From assembly GCF_006345805.1 (NCBI RefSeq), contig NC_042997.1, forward strand, positions 121,396,001 through 121,460,000: a DNA stretch of 64,000 nt. The letters are read 5' to 3'. Of the stretch, positions 1 through 13,748 are shown piece after piece. Position 1 is the first letter of the stretch. The number at the start of each line of letters is the position of its first letter. Below the pieces are notes generated by a model that saw only the letters and a list, made by a program, of their open reading frames with translations, was not told the DNA's origin and searched no databases. The stretch is from Octopus sinensis. Its lineage: Eukaryota. Made by a program: the position numbers and the translations under genes.

Positions 1-1237
1 TAAACATTTAATTTTATTTAATAAACATTCAGTTTTAATAAATGTATTATCAATAAATGCATATGGTTAACCTACATCACATTTAGCATACATCAGGAAA
101 ATATACAGATGTTTTATATTGTAATGAGGAACTTTTTAACAGACATTTCAAGACATCTTGATGTAAATATCAACATCTGTTTGGAACTGAGAGCTTTATT
201 ACGTCTACGAACGGATAACATGTGTACTTGTTAGTTTGTTTGTGCGTGTGTGTATGTGTGTATGTATATGTGTGTGCCTGTATGAGTACGTATGTGTGTA
301 CGTGTGTGTGTGTGTGTACGTGTGTGTGCATGTGTCGGTGTGTGTGCAAAACTTGAGAACATTAATATTGCAAAATTATTTACCTCCAGTACGTGTAGAT
401 GCATTTTCTATTATGCGGTAAACAACAAATCTATACATCCACGTTCACTTAGAGTTGGTAGAAAATCATATAAAAGAACAAAATCAAGAATTGAATCGAG
501 GCAGGAAGTACAAATCGCAATAAATTAAGGTTCGTTTTGTGGATTGGGGATATAGTGAGAAACCGCATTAATAAATGACCACATATATTTATGAAAATAC
601 AATTGAAAATTTTGATGTTACCGGTTATTCTAAACTTAAAAATAATATCTAATTTAGTAAGAGTATCATAAGCTGAAAATATTTTTTATTCACCTTCCCT
701 CATTTACTTTAGACTAGTTGTTCCTAAATCTTTCGGGCTGCCGCCCTCTTGGCACCTATGCCACATTCCTAGTCATTGCAAACATAAATATCTTTCTGGG
801 CAAATTCAAAGCAACTGTATTTAACAAATAAAACTTAACCTAGTCAACCCATTATTTTGTTGTTTTTACACAAACCACTACCCCATTATTGCCCACTTTT
901 TACATGAATTGCTACCCATTATGGTCCCACATTCCTTGGACCTTTCCACCGCCCCCAGTGAGTGCAATACCGTCCACTTTGGGATCCACGTAATTATCAT
1001 GACACCTAGGCATGGGCAACGTTTGCTCTCAGAATGACAAAAATCGAAATGCCTTGTTAAATTTTGTTCCATTATTAAATTTTGAGTGTGGCTTCGTTTC
1101 GTAATCAGAGTATCATACATTCAGGATATTACACAGACAAGACAGCTCCTTTTCAAAGTATTAAGTATAAAAGAATTTGTGGTTAATGAAATGCGATGGC
1201 ACAACCGAGCAAAGACATTCGTTTACATTCCATTATT

Positions 1238-1540
1238 TTTTATTTATGCGCCCTTTTCAAGCCTAGCCAGGCTCATGGGACGGTTTCCCGGTTTCTGTGG
1301 CGTATGTGTCCTCCCCCCCCCCCCAGCTGGACGGGACACCAGTCCATCGCAGCGTTACTCAAGAAACAGAAAGAGAGAGTGAGAGAGAGTTGGGGCGAAA
1401 GAGTACAACAGGGGTCGGCACCCCCCCTACCTGAGCCTCATGGAGCTTTAGGTGTTTTCGCTCAATAAACACACACAACGCCCGGTTTGGGAATCCTCCG
1501 ACCGCGAGTCCGCTGCTCTAACCACTGGACCATTGCCCCT
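1238..1540 (-). mobile_element. tRNA-derived SINE
   Basis: Minus strand starts AGGGGCAATGGTCCAGTGGTTAGAGCAGCGG (A-box-like tRNA head); B-box partly lost; tail TACGCCACAGAAACCGGGAAACC resembles a fragment near 26820-26850. Confidence 0.6.
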
Positions 1541-2348
1541 CTACTTACATTCCATTGACGAAATTAAAAGCCACATACGAGACATGTCAGGCAAATCACA
1601 GTATTTGTGAAAGTCGGTGTGCACAATGTTGATATTGCTATGGCCTAAACTAATTCAACTAAGATTAAAAAAGAAAACTTACATAATAAGATTTTAATTT
1701 AAGTAAAGAAGCAACGGACCTTTGTAAATGTTTCTATGCAGACTAAAGCTTCTTCATTCGTCCTATAACAAGTAGCCATCGTGTAGCATTGGCATGAGAA
1801 GAACATCTATTGTCAGAATGACACAAACTCGAAAAGTCCTTTGTTCAAGTGGTAAAATTTGAGCGTGGTTTTGCCTTATAAACTTTTGCCATAAGTCTCT
1901 TTCCGTATGCAAATATATAACATTTTTCTTTATTACCCACAAGGAGCTATACACAGAATGGGACAATACAAAACAAGATAAACATAAACTCGGGGAAATT
2001 AAAATACAAAAAGAAGATGAATTAAGACGAAAAAATTATAGAAAACGAATGAAAATATGAAAACATATAAATGAGGCGCAATGCCCACTCGACCCCCTAA
2101 ATCGAATGGTTACATTTCGACAATTTTTTAACCTTTTTTCATGAATGAATTTCACAGAAATTACAATTGAATTTTTCATTTTTAGTCTCTCATAATCCAT
2201 TATGGTAGGTGGGCTTTCATGTAGCCGACACCATTTCACCAGTTTAACGTTCTTTGCAAAGCCCTCCATGGATTTGTCGTAATTCTCCCCAGGTATCAGA
2301 ATACCGCCATCATATAACATTTATTACTGTACATATGATAAATAAAGT

Positions 2349-2558
2349 GGCGAGCTGGGAGAGTCGTTAACACGCCGGGCAAAATACTTAACGGCATTCC
2401 CTCCGTCTTTACTTTCTAAATTCATCTTCTGCCGAGGTCGGCTTTGTCTTTTATCAATTGGGGGTCAATAAAAGAAGTACCATTTGAGCACTGCGATCGT
2501 TGTAATTGACCTATACCCTCTCTTGAAATTGCTGGCCTTGTGCCAAAGTTTGAAACCA
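2349..2558 (+). mobile_element. tRNA-derived SINE (GAGCTGGCAGAA family), diverged
   Basis: GGCGAGCTGGGAGAGTCGTTAACACGCCGGGC head and body alignable with copies at 8684, 22224, 33503 and 36746. Confidence 0.75.
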
Positions 2559-3419
2559 GTATGATAAATAAATCTATTTGGGTAATATTCCTCATATACA
2601 TTAAATAGATGAAAAGATGTTCTTATACAATTTTCCTATATTTGTATGGGTGATGAGTATAACAAAACAGTTTTCTCGACATCACTTTATATAACAGAGC
2701 CGTCTCGATATAAGACTCTACTGATTCTTCTTATTTACACTATTATTAGTAGATTGTAAATATCTAAGGTAGTTAATTAAGCCATCGATATGTAATAAAT
2801 CAAACTGAAATGCTACCAATAGACACTTCTTCAATATTTATAACAACTAACATTGAAATATTGCGACTATTTACGTTAGTTTCTGCTCTTCATTTTCTGT
2901 CTTTCAAAGTCGTTAATCTTTGTATGTTGGGAAATAATCATATTTCTATTGAATTCTTCGTTCAAAAGGTCAAACTTGTATTTCTTTGATAATGATCTAG
3001 ACGTCATACATGCATAATTATATTATAATTCTCTAGTGGGTTTTATTTTTAAAATTACTGATCTGTCAAAATATAAATTAGACATGAAATTACTATGTGC
3101 AACATAATATATTCAAATATTAGGTATTCTTGATGACATTGGTTTGTATTTCCAATTTGATTTTGGATGAGAGAAATATTTCACTGTTTACTTTTATGTG
3201 GAGATGTATATGCCAACGAGAATGTTCGTGTTTGTTTTTATGAAAGAAGCCACATAATGTGGCCCAAATTCCAATGCCATATAGTTCTAATCTTTGATTT
3301 CATCACAGCTTTCTCAACTTTCTCCTTGTAGTCCAACTTTGTAAAAAATATATTTATATGCGAGTGCATATGAGCACATATACACACAGATATATAGATA
3401 AATGGATGGATAGATAGTC

Positions 3420-3482
<63 letters not shown>

Positions 3483-3488
3483 TGTGTA

Positions 3489-3528
<40 letters not shown>

Positions 3529-3649
3529 ATAGAGGGCATTATTACACATAAATGCCTCACACTAGGAGGGACAAAGTCATTACTACCAAAATTATACTAA
3601 TCATACCCAAATGCAGTTTTTCAAAGCAAGACATTAAAAAAATGAATTT

Positions 3650-3708
3650 AGTTCTGTATCACCGTGATTTCACATTCAACTTTACGTCTAATGATCGTCA
3701 GCAGAACT
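3650..3708 (-). ncRNA. Type I hammerhead ribozyme motif (left arm of palindrome)
   Basis: Exact reverse-complement copy of the motif at 3835-3893. Confidence 0.75.
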
Positions 3709-3834
3709 GATTCTGAATACATCATAAATAAACTACCAACCTTACGTAGCGAAGACAAACAGACAACTGCTCACTGTTTGTCTGTTGTCTTCGCTACGTA
3801 AGGTTGGTAGTTTATTTATGATGTATTCAGAATC

Positions 3835-3893
3835 AGTTCTGCTGACGATCATTAGACGTAAAGTTGAATGTGAAATCACGGTGATACAGAACT
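3835..3893 (+). ncRNA. Type I hammerhead ribozyme motif (right arm of palindrome)
   Basis: Stem I AGTTCTG/CAGAACT (7 bp), core CTGACGA, stem II CATT/AATG, GAAA, stem III ATCAC-G-GTGAT, cleavage triplet ATA (site after 3886). Confidence 0.75.
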
Positions 3894-4170
3894 AAATTCA
3901 TTTTTTAAATGTCTTGCTTTGAAAAACTGCATTTGGGTATGATTAGTATAATTTTGGTAGTAATGACTTTGTCCCTCCTAGTGTGAGGCATTTATGTGTA
4001 ATAATGCCCTCTATACAATATAGATATAATTAATTTGTTCAAAAGAAAAAAATTATTTTCGAATTCTTTTCTTTTACGAGGTTTTCACGCTAGCTACCCG
4101 ATAATTTCTTGTTAAGATCCCTTATTAAGAGATTATCCTTAATTGTTAAATATATATATATATATATATA

Positions 4171-4410
4171 TCAAATAAAATCAAAAAGAGAACACAAAGA
4201 TATCGCGGTACTCGTGTTTCAAGCTTTATAAACAACCCAGTGTATAATTGATATAAAAGATGGTTTAAAGCTCTCTTCAGCTGCAAACATTGTTATTCCA
4301 AAAAGTTACATCACACTATAAAAATTATGGTAAGTACATGTAGTATTACCCATTATTATAGGTATATCACATCTCCCTGCGAAAGTGTATTTGTAAAATT
4401 TCGTAACTGT
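4171..4410 (-). mobile_element. PLE-type terminal-repeat fragment between (TA)n tracts
   Basis: Carries an HHR motif and is bounded on both sides by (TA)n; PLE assignment is inferred from the HHR architecture. Confidence 0.45.
4203..4286 (-). ncRNA. Type I hammerhead ribozyme motif with long stem II loop
   Basis: Minus strand: TTGCAG-CTGAAGA-GAGCTTTA...TAAAGCTT-GAAA-CACGAGTA-CCGCGA; 8-bp stem II, 2-bp stem III, GTA triplet, stem I with one mismatch. Confidence 0.6.
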
Positions 4411-4450
4411 ATGAATATATATGTATATATATACATATACATATATATAT

Positions 4451-4508
<58 letters not shown>

Positions 4509-4549
4509 CATAATATATATATACATAATATATATATATATATTATATA

Positions 4550-4580
<31 letters not shown>

Positions 4581-4601
4581 CATAATATATATATATATAT
4601 G

Positions 4602-4658
<57 letters not shown>

Positions 4659-5804
4659 TTGATGTGTGTATGTATGTATGTTTGATGTGTGATGTATGTA
4701 TGTATGTATGTATATTTGCCACATCTCGTCAAAACCAGATTGAAATATTAATTGTCGTTGTTAATATTTTATTACTATCACCATTGAAAATCTGATAATA
4801 CTGGTGGTGACCCAGCCTAATCGCAACCTTTGGGATGAAACTCATAAAAGAATAAGGGAATTACTGCGTGCAATTACGTTTTTTACTCGACTACATTAAT
4901 TCAGAAAGTTGAGTTTATATTTCGTGCATATCTCACCTCTGGGTAATTTCTCTCAACCCTCAGTCGTATATACTGCCTTCAACAGTTTGTATATCGCTTT
5001 TATTTTCCCATAAAGGGACCTGTTGAAAATATGAACGCCTATTGTTTTCCCTGGTGTGCACTAAGATATAATTCGTATGTTTCATCTCCAATAGGTTTTA
5101 TATCGACCTGACCTATCTACAACACAAAAATCAATAGTAAGCTGTCATCAACATAATATTGATTTTCATTTGTCGCCCGTCTTACCTTTGTTTATTTGAC
5201 TTAATCATTGTTCAGAAATATTTACCTGTCTTCAATACGGATAATATCTTGATTAATTAAGACATTAAATGAATTACTTCTTATTTCACTATGTATTTTC
5301 AATACTGATGATATCTCAAAGCTATTTCCTTTGGATCGTAACTTACTTCATTATACCAGCACACTGCCTGTATATGCATATATTTCTTTCGCTCAGTCGA
5401 TCTGACAGACGCACGAGTCACCGTGTTCTCTGTGTAGTTAAACGAAAGTATTTCTGGTATTTGTAATGTCTGCCAAAGACTAGATTATTTTCGCTTCAAC
5501 ACATCCATTTCTACTTTTAATGAATTAAAAATCAGGTTCATCCCATTTCAAAGTAGTTTTCGTTTGACTTGTGGCCCTTGTCTTTGTTTAGTTCGTTTAA
5601 GTATTGTTGAGCCATCGATTAAATTTTTAATGTTTAATATATTAGGGTTGTCACAGCTTACTTCACAAGCAATTATTGACATACTTAGATGTCTATATGT
5701 AAAAACCTGAGGTATCAACGTCCTTCTCACATTATTTATAAGTTACTAGACACTATTAATAAGTTACAGACAGAGAATAAATTAAATCTTTATAGGTTAT
5801 GTAT

Positions 5805-5950
5805 TATGCTCAGACATAGCAGTAGAGTAAGACATTTCCTTTCCAACCACAAGGTCCTGATTCAGCCCCTCTGCGTGGCACATTAAGCCAGTGTCTTCTA
5901 TAATAGTCTCGGGCTGACAAAACTTTATGAGTGGATTTCATAGGCAAAAA
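5805..5950 (+). mobile_element. tRNA-SINE fragment (family of 21278/41742), diverged
   Basis: CCAACCACAAGGTCCTGATTCAGCCCCTCTGCGTGGCAC...GTGTCTTCTATAATAGTCTCGGGC aligns to the head of the full copies. Confidence 0.6.
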
Positions 5951-6874
5951 GAGAAAGGATTTTGTGGACGCTCGACACGCGAGAAATATTAGTCTAATTT
6001 ACGTAAACCATACCCTACTGTATTAGAAACTGAAGGACGTCATCTACAATGTAGTCCTTGATATAACATATTAGGAAATTACACAGTCTGGCCACATCAG
6101 AAAGGCCTTTTTGTCAGTTGGATCAATGCTGATCTGTCGCTAAATAACGGTTGAATGGACTTTTTTAACATTAGTAGAATATCGACTCATAAACATGAGT
6201 GAACAAGCGCGATGGGAAATGGGTGTGAATTGATATTTCAAGGCAAAAGTTTTAAGTCATATATAATTCTCTTTGTTAATAATGGGAATATATAAGAATT
6301 ACTTTGCTTAAAGCAAATATAAGTTACTGACTGAAAATCAATTTTTTCAGCAGAGAGAGACAAGAATAAATTAAATTAATTCTTGAAATACATACAAGGA
6401 AACAGAGAGAGAATCTAGATTTTTCCTACCAGCTTTAGTGAAGAACATGAATATATGATGTTCTATGCCTAATTTACCAGTTAATTGGCGGGAATAAAAT
6501 GAAACCCATCTGTGGAAGAATCATGAACACGAAAATGCCTATAGTGAAGCTATAAATCTGAAAAACAACAATGCATCCAGTCTACAGTTATTTGTATTTT
6601 TTTTGTTTCTTGTTTTTCTATCTTGTTAACACCATTTTACTCGTGATTATTGATAACTATATTGTTGAACTACTCATTGTCTACACATGTTTCAGTGATA
6701 TATCTACGCATTAACCACATAAAAGCAATATGTAGTGAGTTGTCTATGCATGGTCCACAGCGAAAATCAAAACAATGACTTACATACTCTTCTTAACAGC
6801 TTCAAGCATATTGAAATATGCATGCATAAGGTAGTTACGGTTTGTACAGGAGAACAACCACTTTGAATTGAGTG

Positions 6875-7465
6875 TGTACTTATTTGTACTTGTGACGGCG
6901 TTCACCCAGGGCGTGTTGAGCCGGCTTCTTCTCTAGTCCTACGGCACCACGAACCATGGCGGCCCACGCACGACGGTCGAATGCGAGGTCACTAGAGATA
7001 GAGAGCCATTCGCGGTTCCATCTGCGCAGACCGACCACCTGCGGACCTGAGAGTTCGGAGAGGTCCTCCTTTATCGTCATTGCCCAGGTCTTCAGCTGCC
7101 CGCCCTTGCGTTTGCGCCAGTTGGGAAGTGGAGGTGGGAGTTGGATATCGCGAATCAGCTCACCCTCTGGACACCGGGCAGCATGACCGAATCACCTTAA
7201 GTGCCGTTGCAGAAGCACCGAAGGGAGGGGCCGGAGATTCATGCGATGACGAAGATTTGCTGTAGGAACCCGATCAATGCGTCGGCAGCGAAATATGCGG
7301 CGGAGACAGTCATTGTCGAACACCTCCAGCCTTCGCTGATCGACTACCCTCCTAGGCCATGTTTCGCAACCATAGAGGAGGATAGTACGAACGACGGCCT
7401 TGTAGATTCGCCCGTTGGTCACCGAGGAGATATATCTTTTGTCTCACAGGTACTGCTGAAAGCGC
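6875..7465 (-). mobile_element. RTE-clade LINE 3' fragment
   Basis: GRIYKAVVRTILLYGCETW...FDNDCLRRI...R*FGHAAR...GGQLKTW...DRRAW is the typical RTE RT C-terminus; one in-frame stop; short CAAGTA-like tail. Confidence 0.85.
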
Positions 7466-8080
7466 ACGAATTGAGTGTGTGTTCATAATACATTCGATTC
7501 ATTAGCATTAAGGGAACTTGGTACACCCAGTGTTTCGCAATCTTGTGTCTCATCATCTATAGACATTCTGGATTAATGAATCAAATAAGAATTCGTGGCT
7601 TTTGTTTATAGCTTAAGCAAATTGCTTAATCATACGTACTGATGTCAGCTGACGGATAACAAATAATCATATGTAAGGTGAACAGCGACACCCCTGGACT
7701 CAAACTGCCTCACTCATGCTTTCCTGTCCTAATCCTCTCTCCTTGTTGCATCCTGGTTCCAAGGCCACTATACAGTCACTATGTTCTATTCTTCTTCCAG
7801 AACTTCTACCGTTTGAAATGCACGTATTCGTTCCACCACAGATAAATTGTAAAGTTTCGAGAGGAACAATAATGACATCAATCTCACCTCTATATAAAGG
7901 TTTTTAAGCAAGGCATCCTCTCCAGAACCACATGAAGAAAAAATATATTTATATGTTATTATGATATATATATACATAGAAAGAGAGAGAGAAAGAAAGA
8001 GAGATAATGTGTGTGTATGTATGTATATACATACATACATATATATATATTATATATATATATATATATATGCAGAGAGG

Positions 8081-8173
<93 letters not shown>

Positions 8174-8683
8174 ATTTTAAATTTGTTTACGGGAAACGTT
8201 CTGAATATGCAAATAAACTCCTATTTCATTACGCAAGCAATCGTCTAGTGAGCAAAATTTTAGGGTTTCATAAAGTTGTACCGATATAATTGTAGGATAA
8301 ATATAACAACAATAATCTTTGGATGGAATATATAAACATTCAATGCATCGCTATGCGCGTTTCCACAAATCTCATGTCTCTTAATATCACAGTCCGTATT
8401 TCCGGTCTGATTACAGCGTAGTCCATACTATCCATGGTCATCCGGTTGATCATCATATTTGATTCATATATAACATTTGCTGATCTACAACAGAGTTGAG
8501 TGTAATCTTCCCAGAAATACAGACTGTGATCTTGTGATTTGTGATTTGTGAAAACGCGCGAATATTATTCGTTAAAGAGATCACTTTGCTCGCATAGTAT
8601 ATTTTTCATGGAAAGGAAACTTACCTCTCCAAATCTGTGTGATATGTTATTCTTATTCGATCAACAGTAAACTATAGCGGTTA

Positions 8684-8880
8684 ATGCGGTGAGCTGGCAG
8701 AAACTTTAGAACGCCGGCGAAACGCTTTACGTTCTGATTTCAAATTCCGCCGAGGTTGACTTTGCTTTTCATCCTTTCGGGGTCGATAAATTAAATACCA
8801 GTTACGTACCGAGGTCGATCTAATCGAATGGCCCCCTCCCGCAAAATTTCAGGCCTTGTGCCTAGAGTAAAAAAGAATAG
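8684..8880 (+). mobile_element. tRNA-derived SINE with 13-bp target-site duplication
   Basis: GAGCTGGCAGAA head, GATTTCAAATTCC B-box-like; ACTATAGCGGTTA duplicated at 8671-8683 and 8881-8893. Confidence 0.85.
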
Positions 8881-9329
8881 ACTATAGCGGTTAGCATTCA
8901 GTCTCGCTGTCTTAATCTCTCCTTTTAATCTGTCAAGAATACGATGTTATCAACGCCATGCATCTGACATCATTGTCTTTCAGATTCTGTAACAAATACT
9001 TTGCCTCTCATTTTTCCTGTTCCGAATTCTCCCAAGAATATGGAAATCTTAATTTTTTCAGAAAGGGACCTACAATCCTCAGTCTTTCTTATTTTTGATT
9101 TATTAACATAGAACAATTCTTTATAATCATTATTTAATACTGAATATATAAAAACCATTATAACAATATTTTATGACAAAAATAAGTTTTAAATTAGATT
9201 CTTTTACAGGACCAATAAAATTTTTAAAAGATTAAACAACTACGACAAAAGGAAAGACAACTTCTCTTTCATTTATTAATCGAAATTAAATTATTTTGAA
9301 TGCTATATGTTGAAGCATATCCCAATATG

Positions 9330-10870
9330 AGGAACATCATTGCGTTATACGCGTTGTTTTGAAACTTTTCTGTTGTAAAAAGCACATTTTCCTGCTTTCC
9401 AACTTCTGTTTGTTCGGCAAAATGTCAATTGGATGAAAACGCCTTTACACGTTTAGGATTTGGGGAATCAGAAGAACTGCAAAAATGCAAAAAATTCTCT
9501 AATATGACCTCCCGAATTCTATTAATGTCACATTATCTCTATTTCCATCAGCAAAACTGTATATTCTATGAATTAACCATAGCATTATCAAGGAAATATG
9601 TGAATAAAATAAAATACTACATCTTACGTCCGATAAAAATGCGATACGTTTGAGCAATCCGTTTAAATGATTCACTACTCTCATTGTATTTATTGTATCA
9701 GGATATGAAAAATGGCGCAAAGGAAACGTTATTTCCTTTTCACACTTGGTTAAACATTTTGCATTTCTGATGATAGTGGCAGATTAATGTTTCCTGACAA
9801 TTGTGAAAATACCGTCATGATATTTCAAAATCTACAAGAAATAAAAGATGTTCTTTCTCTTCTTTTTCTTCTTTCTAGCGGCTTTATATCCTTTATATCA
9901 TTTAGAAATCACGTGAACAGTATGTTCGAATATATTGCTCCGATGAATCTGATTCCTAAGGATTTCATTTATAAAAATAGGTTATAACTTGAGAAAAACA
10001 TTATCAACAAAAATGTCATGATCATATGGTTTCTCATGATGACAGATCGTAGATAAATCCAGTTTTGTATATCGGTTGTCATTGTTCTTGATCATTGGTG
10101 CGAAATTTGTTTGCTTTCCTTGATATAAAACTATTGAAAACAATAACCGCTGATACCACACTATAAAATTCATTGTTTGAAGTCAAATCTTTCAGATTTA
10201 CATCTTATAAATTACATGAGACTGTTTCTTACATAATAGCTCTATGTTTTCAGCCGTTGAAAGTTCCTTAGAGAAAATCTCGACTTCTTTAAATTATGAT
10301 TCAAAGCTACCGCTCGAGGTATAAATTTTTAGCTGTTTTCTACTTTTTTATTGCTACCAAAATGAAGATACTATTGGATGCTTTGAAATTTGTTTCTTAG
10401 CATCGTTTCTCGATTAAGTTGAAATTCAAAAGTCGTAATCTCGTTGCCGAGAGACTCAGTAACTTATGGCACTCTGAAGAAAATAGGATTCCAAAGAATT
10501 TTTAAACAGTGAAATTATAAATGAAAGACCATATAATATTCTAATATGAGAAATATGTAACAGACTTTCTGCGAATTTCATTAGGTATATCATTATCAAG
10601 AAACAATTCAAATATCTCAACTGGGCCTTTGCCAGTTAGTTCATGTCATCTTTGATTTCTTTCTCTTGTGTGTTCTGTTTTGAGAAACAGATTTTGAGAA
10701 ATAGCGTTAATTTTTATTTTACAAGACAAATCTGAGTTTTTCTTTCTTTCACAGTTTGGTTGAGGTACTTCTTCACTTTTTTACCTATGAAGCTCGACAT
10801 TTCCTAATACAGCTTTGAAAATGAAGTTTAGATTTCTATTCTCCTCTTCTAAGTCTCGATATCAAGAGTT
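9330..10870 (-). pseudogene. Heavily decayed piggyBac-type transposase remnant
   Basis: Minus-strand fragments EIFELFLDND, FFGILFSS, RNKFQSI.YLHF, YQGK, FVDNVF and a degenerate C-terminal Cys-rich segment occur in piggyBac order; many stops and frameshifts. Confidence 0.55.
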
Positions 10871-10924
10871 CTTTTTCATTTTTAGTTCACTTGCTTCGGA
10901 AGGGATTACAACCATATCAATGGT

Positions 10925-11995
10925 ATTAGGATGGCCAAAATGTCCGTTCAGTTTTAATCGACTCTAAGCATTAAGCACGTTAAGTAATGCAATTCAAATT
11001 ATCCCTTTCGAATACGTACTCATTAGATACTTGACACTTCAGTGTAGTTCAATGCAAATATGCGGAGAGACAAGCTGTATGTAATGTGCTTGTGTTCATC
11101 CTGAAAATGGAGAATCAAAACTATCATCGTCACCATATGCATTAAAAAAAATAATAGGCAAAAATGCTGTGTAGGGAGAGAATGTTGTTGCAGGGCGTAT
11201 GTGCAAGAAGTTGCTTTTTAAGATTTCAATTGGAAGATTATTCGGTTCAAATTGCACCTCTAACCAGCCAACTGGGATAATAACAACAAAATGAAGGCGT
11301 TAGTTGACACTAACCGTTGTTATGCACCTACGATGATCACAGACCCCTGAATATGCAAATCTAGTGTTGAAAGCTATCTGCATCAACTAGGTTGCACCAG
11401 CAGGCCCGCTGTTTGTGTCCCACATTAATTGAATGAGGCTAACCTTGTCCATTGGATTTCTGTCTGCGACTCGCTGCAGAAACTCAAAGAAAACTACCCT
11501 TTTTTGGAAGAGATTGACGAAAGGAGACGAAAAGAAAAGCGCAAACGATCATGGGAGAAGCGCAGCGAACCGTCAGAAACAATCTCCAAAACCGGACTTC
11601 ACGCGGGGAATGTTATAATTCTTTTGCATGAAAAAGGTTGGTGGGATTGGAAGGATGCTATCTTTCATGAGCTTCTACCCACAAAAAGGTCATCAGTTCA
11701 GACCAGTACTGTAAACAGCAGGATAAATTATACTCTGCAGTCCACTAGAAGCGTCCAACACTTGTTACTTGTAATGGCATTGTATTTCATTACGACAATG
11801 TTAGACGCGGCAGAATGTATTGGATCGGGGTGGAAATATTTGTCTATATTTTCCTGATTTTACGCCTTTATTTTTCCACCTGTTTCAGTTTGTCCAAAAT
11901 GTATTTGATTGGAAAGGCCTTCAACTCTAAAAGGGATGTAAAACTTTACCTGGAGGAGATTTTCTCCAGTAAAAACAGTAGAACATTAATTTCTG
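10925..11995 (+). mobile_element. Decayed mariner (Mos1-like) transposon
   Basis: TATTAGGATGGCCAAAATGTCCGTTC resembles a mariner TIR; VPH.LNEANL..ISVCDSL, KRKRSW, GLH...WWDWK...ELLP, GKAFNSK motifs. Confidence 0.75.
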
Positions 11996-13084
11996 ATTTA
12001 CTCTGCAAAGTATTGACAACTCCCGCCTCCATTTTATTATATCTAAAACTTGTGTCTTATATTCGCTTTTAAAAAAACAAACAAAACAGACATTTTGAAC
12101 ACCTCGGTATTTTCGTCGCTAGATGAGTCATGTATTTTTTATTATTTCTTCTATATAATTTACTGCATCATTAACTGATGTCAATGGCTTGACTGAAGTG
12201 AAAGTTATGAAAGAGTATCTGGTAATAAAAAGATGCTAAAAAATAAAATATACAAAATAAAAGGATTTATGCTCTTTATATAGCTATCTTAATGCATCAG
12301 CGCCTCATTTAGATGAAAAAGTAGTTTTCAATCCCAAAGAGTTTACTTGCGTAATTTATTTTATCCTGTGCAAAATATCCTTAGAACACAGAAAAAATGG
12401 AACCCTAGTTACTAGGACACGCATTTTAAATCTAAACTTTCAGAATATTAAGAAACCTTTCTCAAATTTCGAGGTCAATTAAAACATTCAGTTATACTAT
12501 ACACAAATATAGATTGGGCGTATGCGTTATCGACTGAAAAACTTTTGAATAAAAATATAGTTTAAATGTTCAATATTTTCAACCACGTTGAAATTTGAAT
12601 TCAGAAAGCAAACTAAATGGTAGAACAATACTTTCTGATTTGCTCTGTAAAGTACTGAAAACACCCGCCTCTATTTCACTATTAAGCGTGTTTCGTTTAA
12701 AACTTAATATAGAACCCACAAATATGATTTCAACTACTAAAATTAATCTTAAGTAAGCAGCGAATGAAAATGTAGTTTTGTTATCTATTTTTCTTCCATT
12801 TTAACATCATTTCAAATCGTTTTTAGTTTAATCACTTCAGCCGGCGCCACGGTTATGAAGGGGTTGGCAACGAATAAGTACCGATCATTCACGTTCTTTT
12901 GCCCTCCTTTACACACCAAGAAGTTCTCATTAAAATATCATCAATCATCTCATCTATTGATTTGATAATCTATCATTTTATTTTTCTGTTTTATGTGCGT
13001 TTTGTTTTATTTATTAACCAGCTGTTTTCTTACAATAATCTATAATGTACTGATAGTTCAACCACCAAACAGATACATACATAC

Positions 13085-13139
<55 letters not shown>

Positions 13140-13508
13140 ACGTGAGCGCACTTGTATCTTTGCATATGGTTTTATTATGTTGTTGTGTATGTATGTATGT
13201 ACTTATGTATGTATTTATATATTTATATATGTATGTACACATCTATGTATGCATGTATGTCTGTGTGTCGGCGCAGATGCTGATGGTCAAGTAAATGATT
13301 AGATCTGATGTCGTTTGTTGAGACAATCACATCGTGTTGTGTCATTTTAGTCATCTAAAAACACAAAAATTGTTAAATTTACTTTTCATTTATCTTCACT
13401 GGCGCCAAAAGAAGCGAACAGAGAGTGAATTATAGTGTATTTTTGATGGTTAACACGACTACTCCATAATGTAATACACACACGCTCACACATGTATATA
13501 TACATATA

Positions 13509-13598
<90 letters not shown>

Positions 13599-13708
13599 GT
13601 GTGTGTATGTCTGTGTACATGTATGTATGTATATGTATATGTGTGTGTGCAATATATGATATGTATTCGCGCGTGTATGCGTGTGAATGTGTGTGTATGT
13701 GTGTTTGC

Positions 13709-13748
<40 letters not shown>

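Larger units (their letters stand above)
3521..4022. repeat. Near-perfect 502-bp palindrome (inverted pair of PLE-type terminal repeats)
   Basis: Arm 3521-3766 is the reverse complement of 3778-4022, with one substitution and one 1-nt indel seen by eye; 11-nt loop CTGCTCACTGT. Confidence 0.95.
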
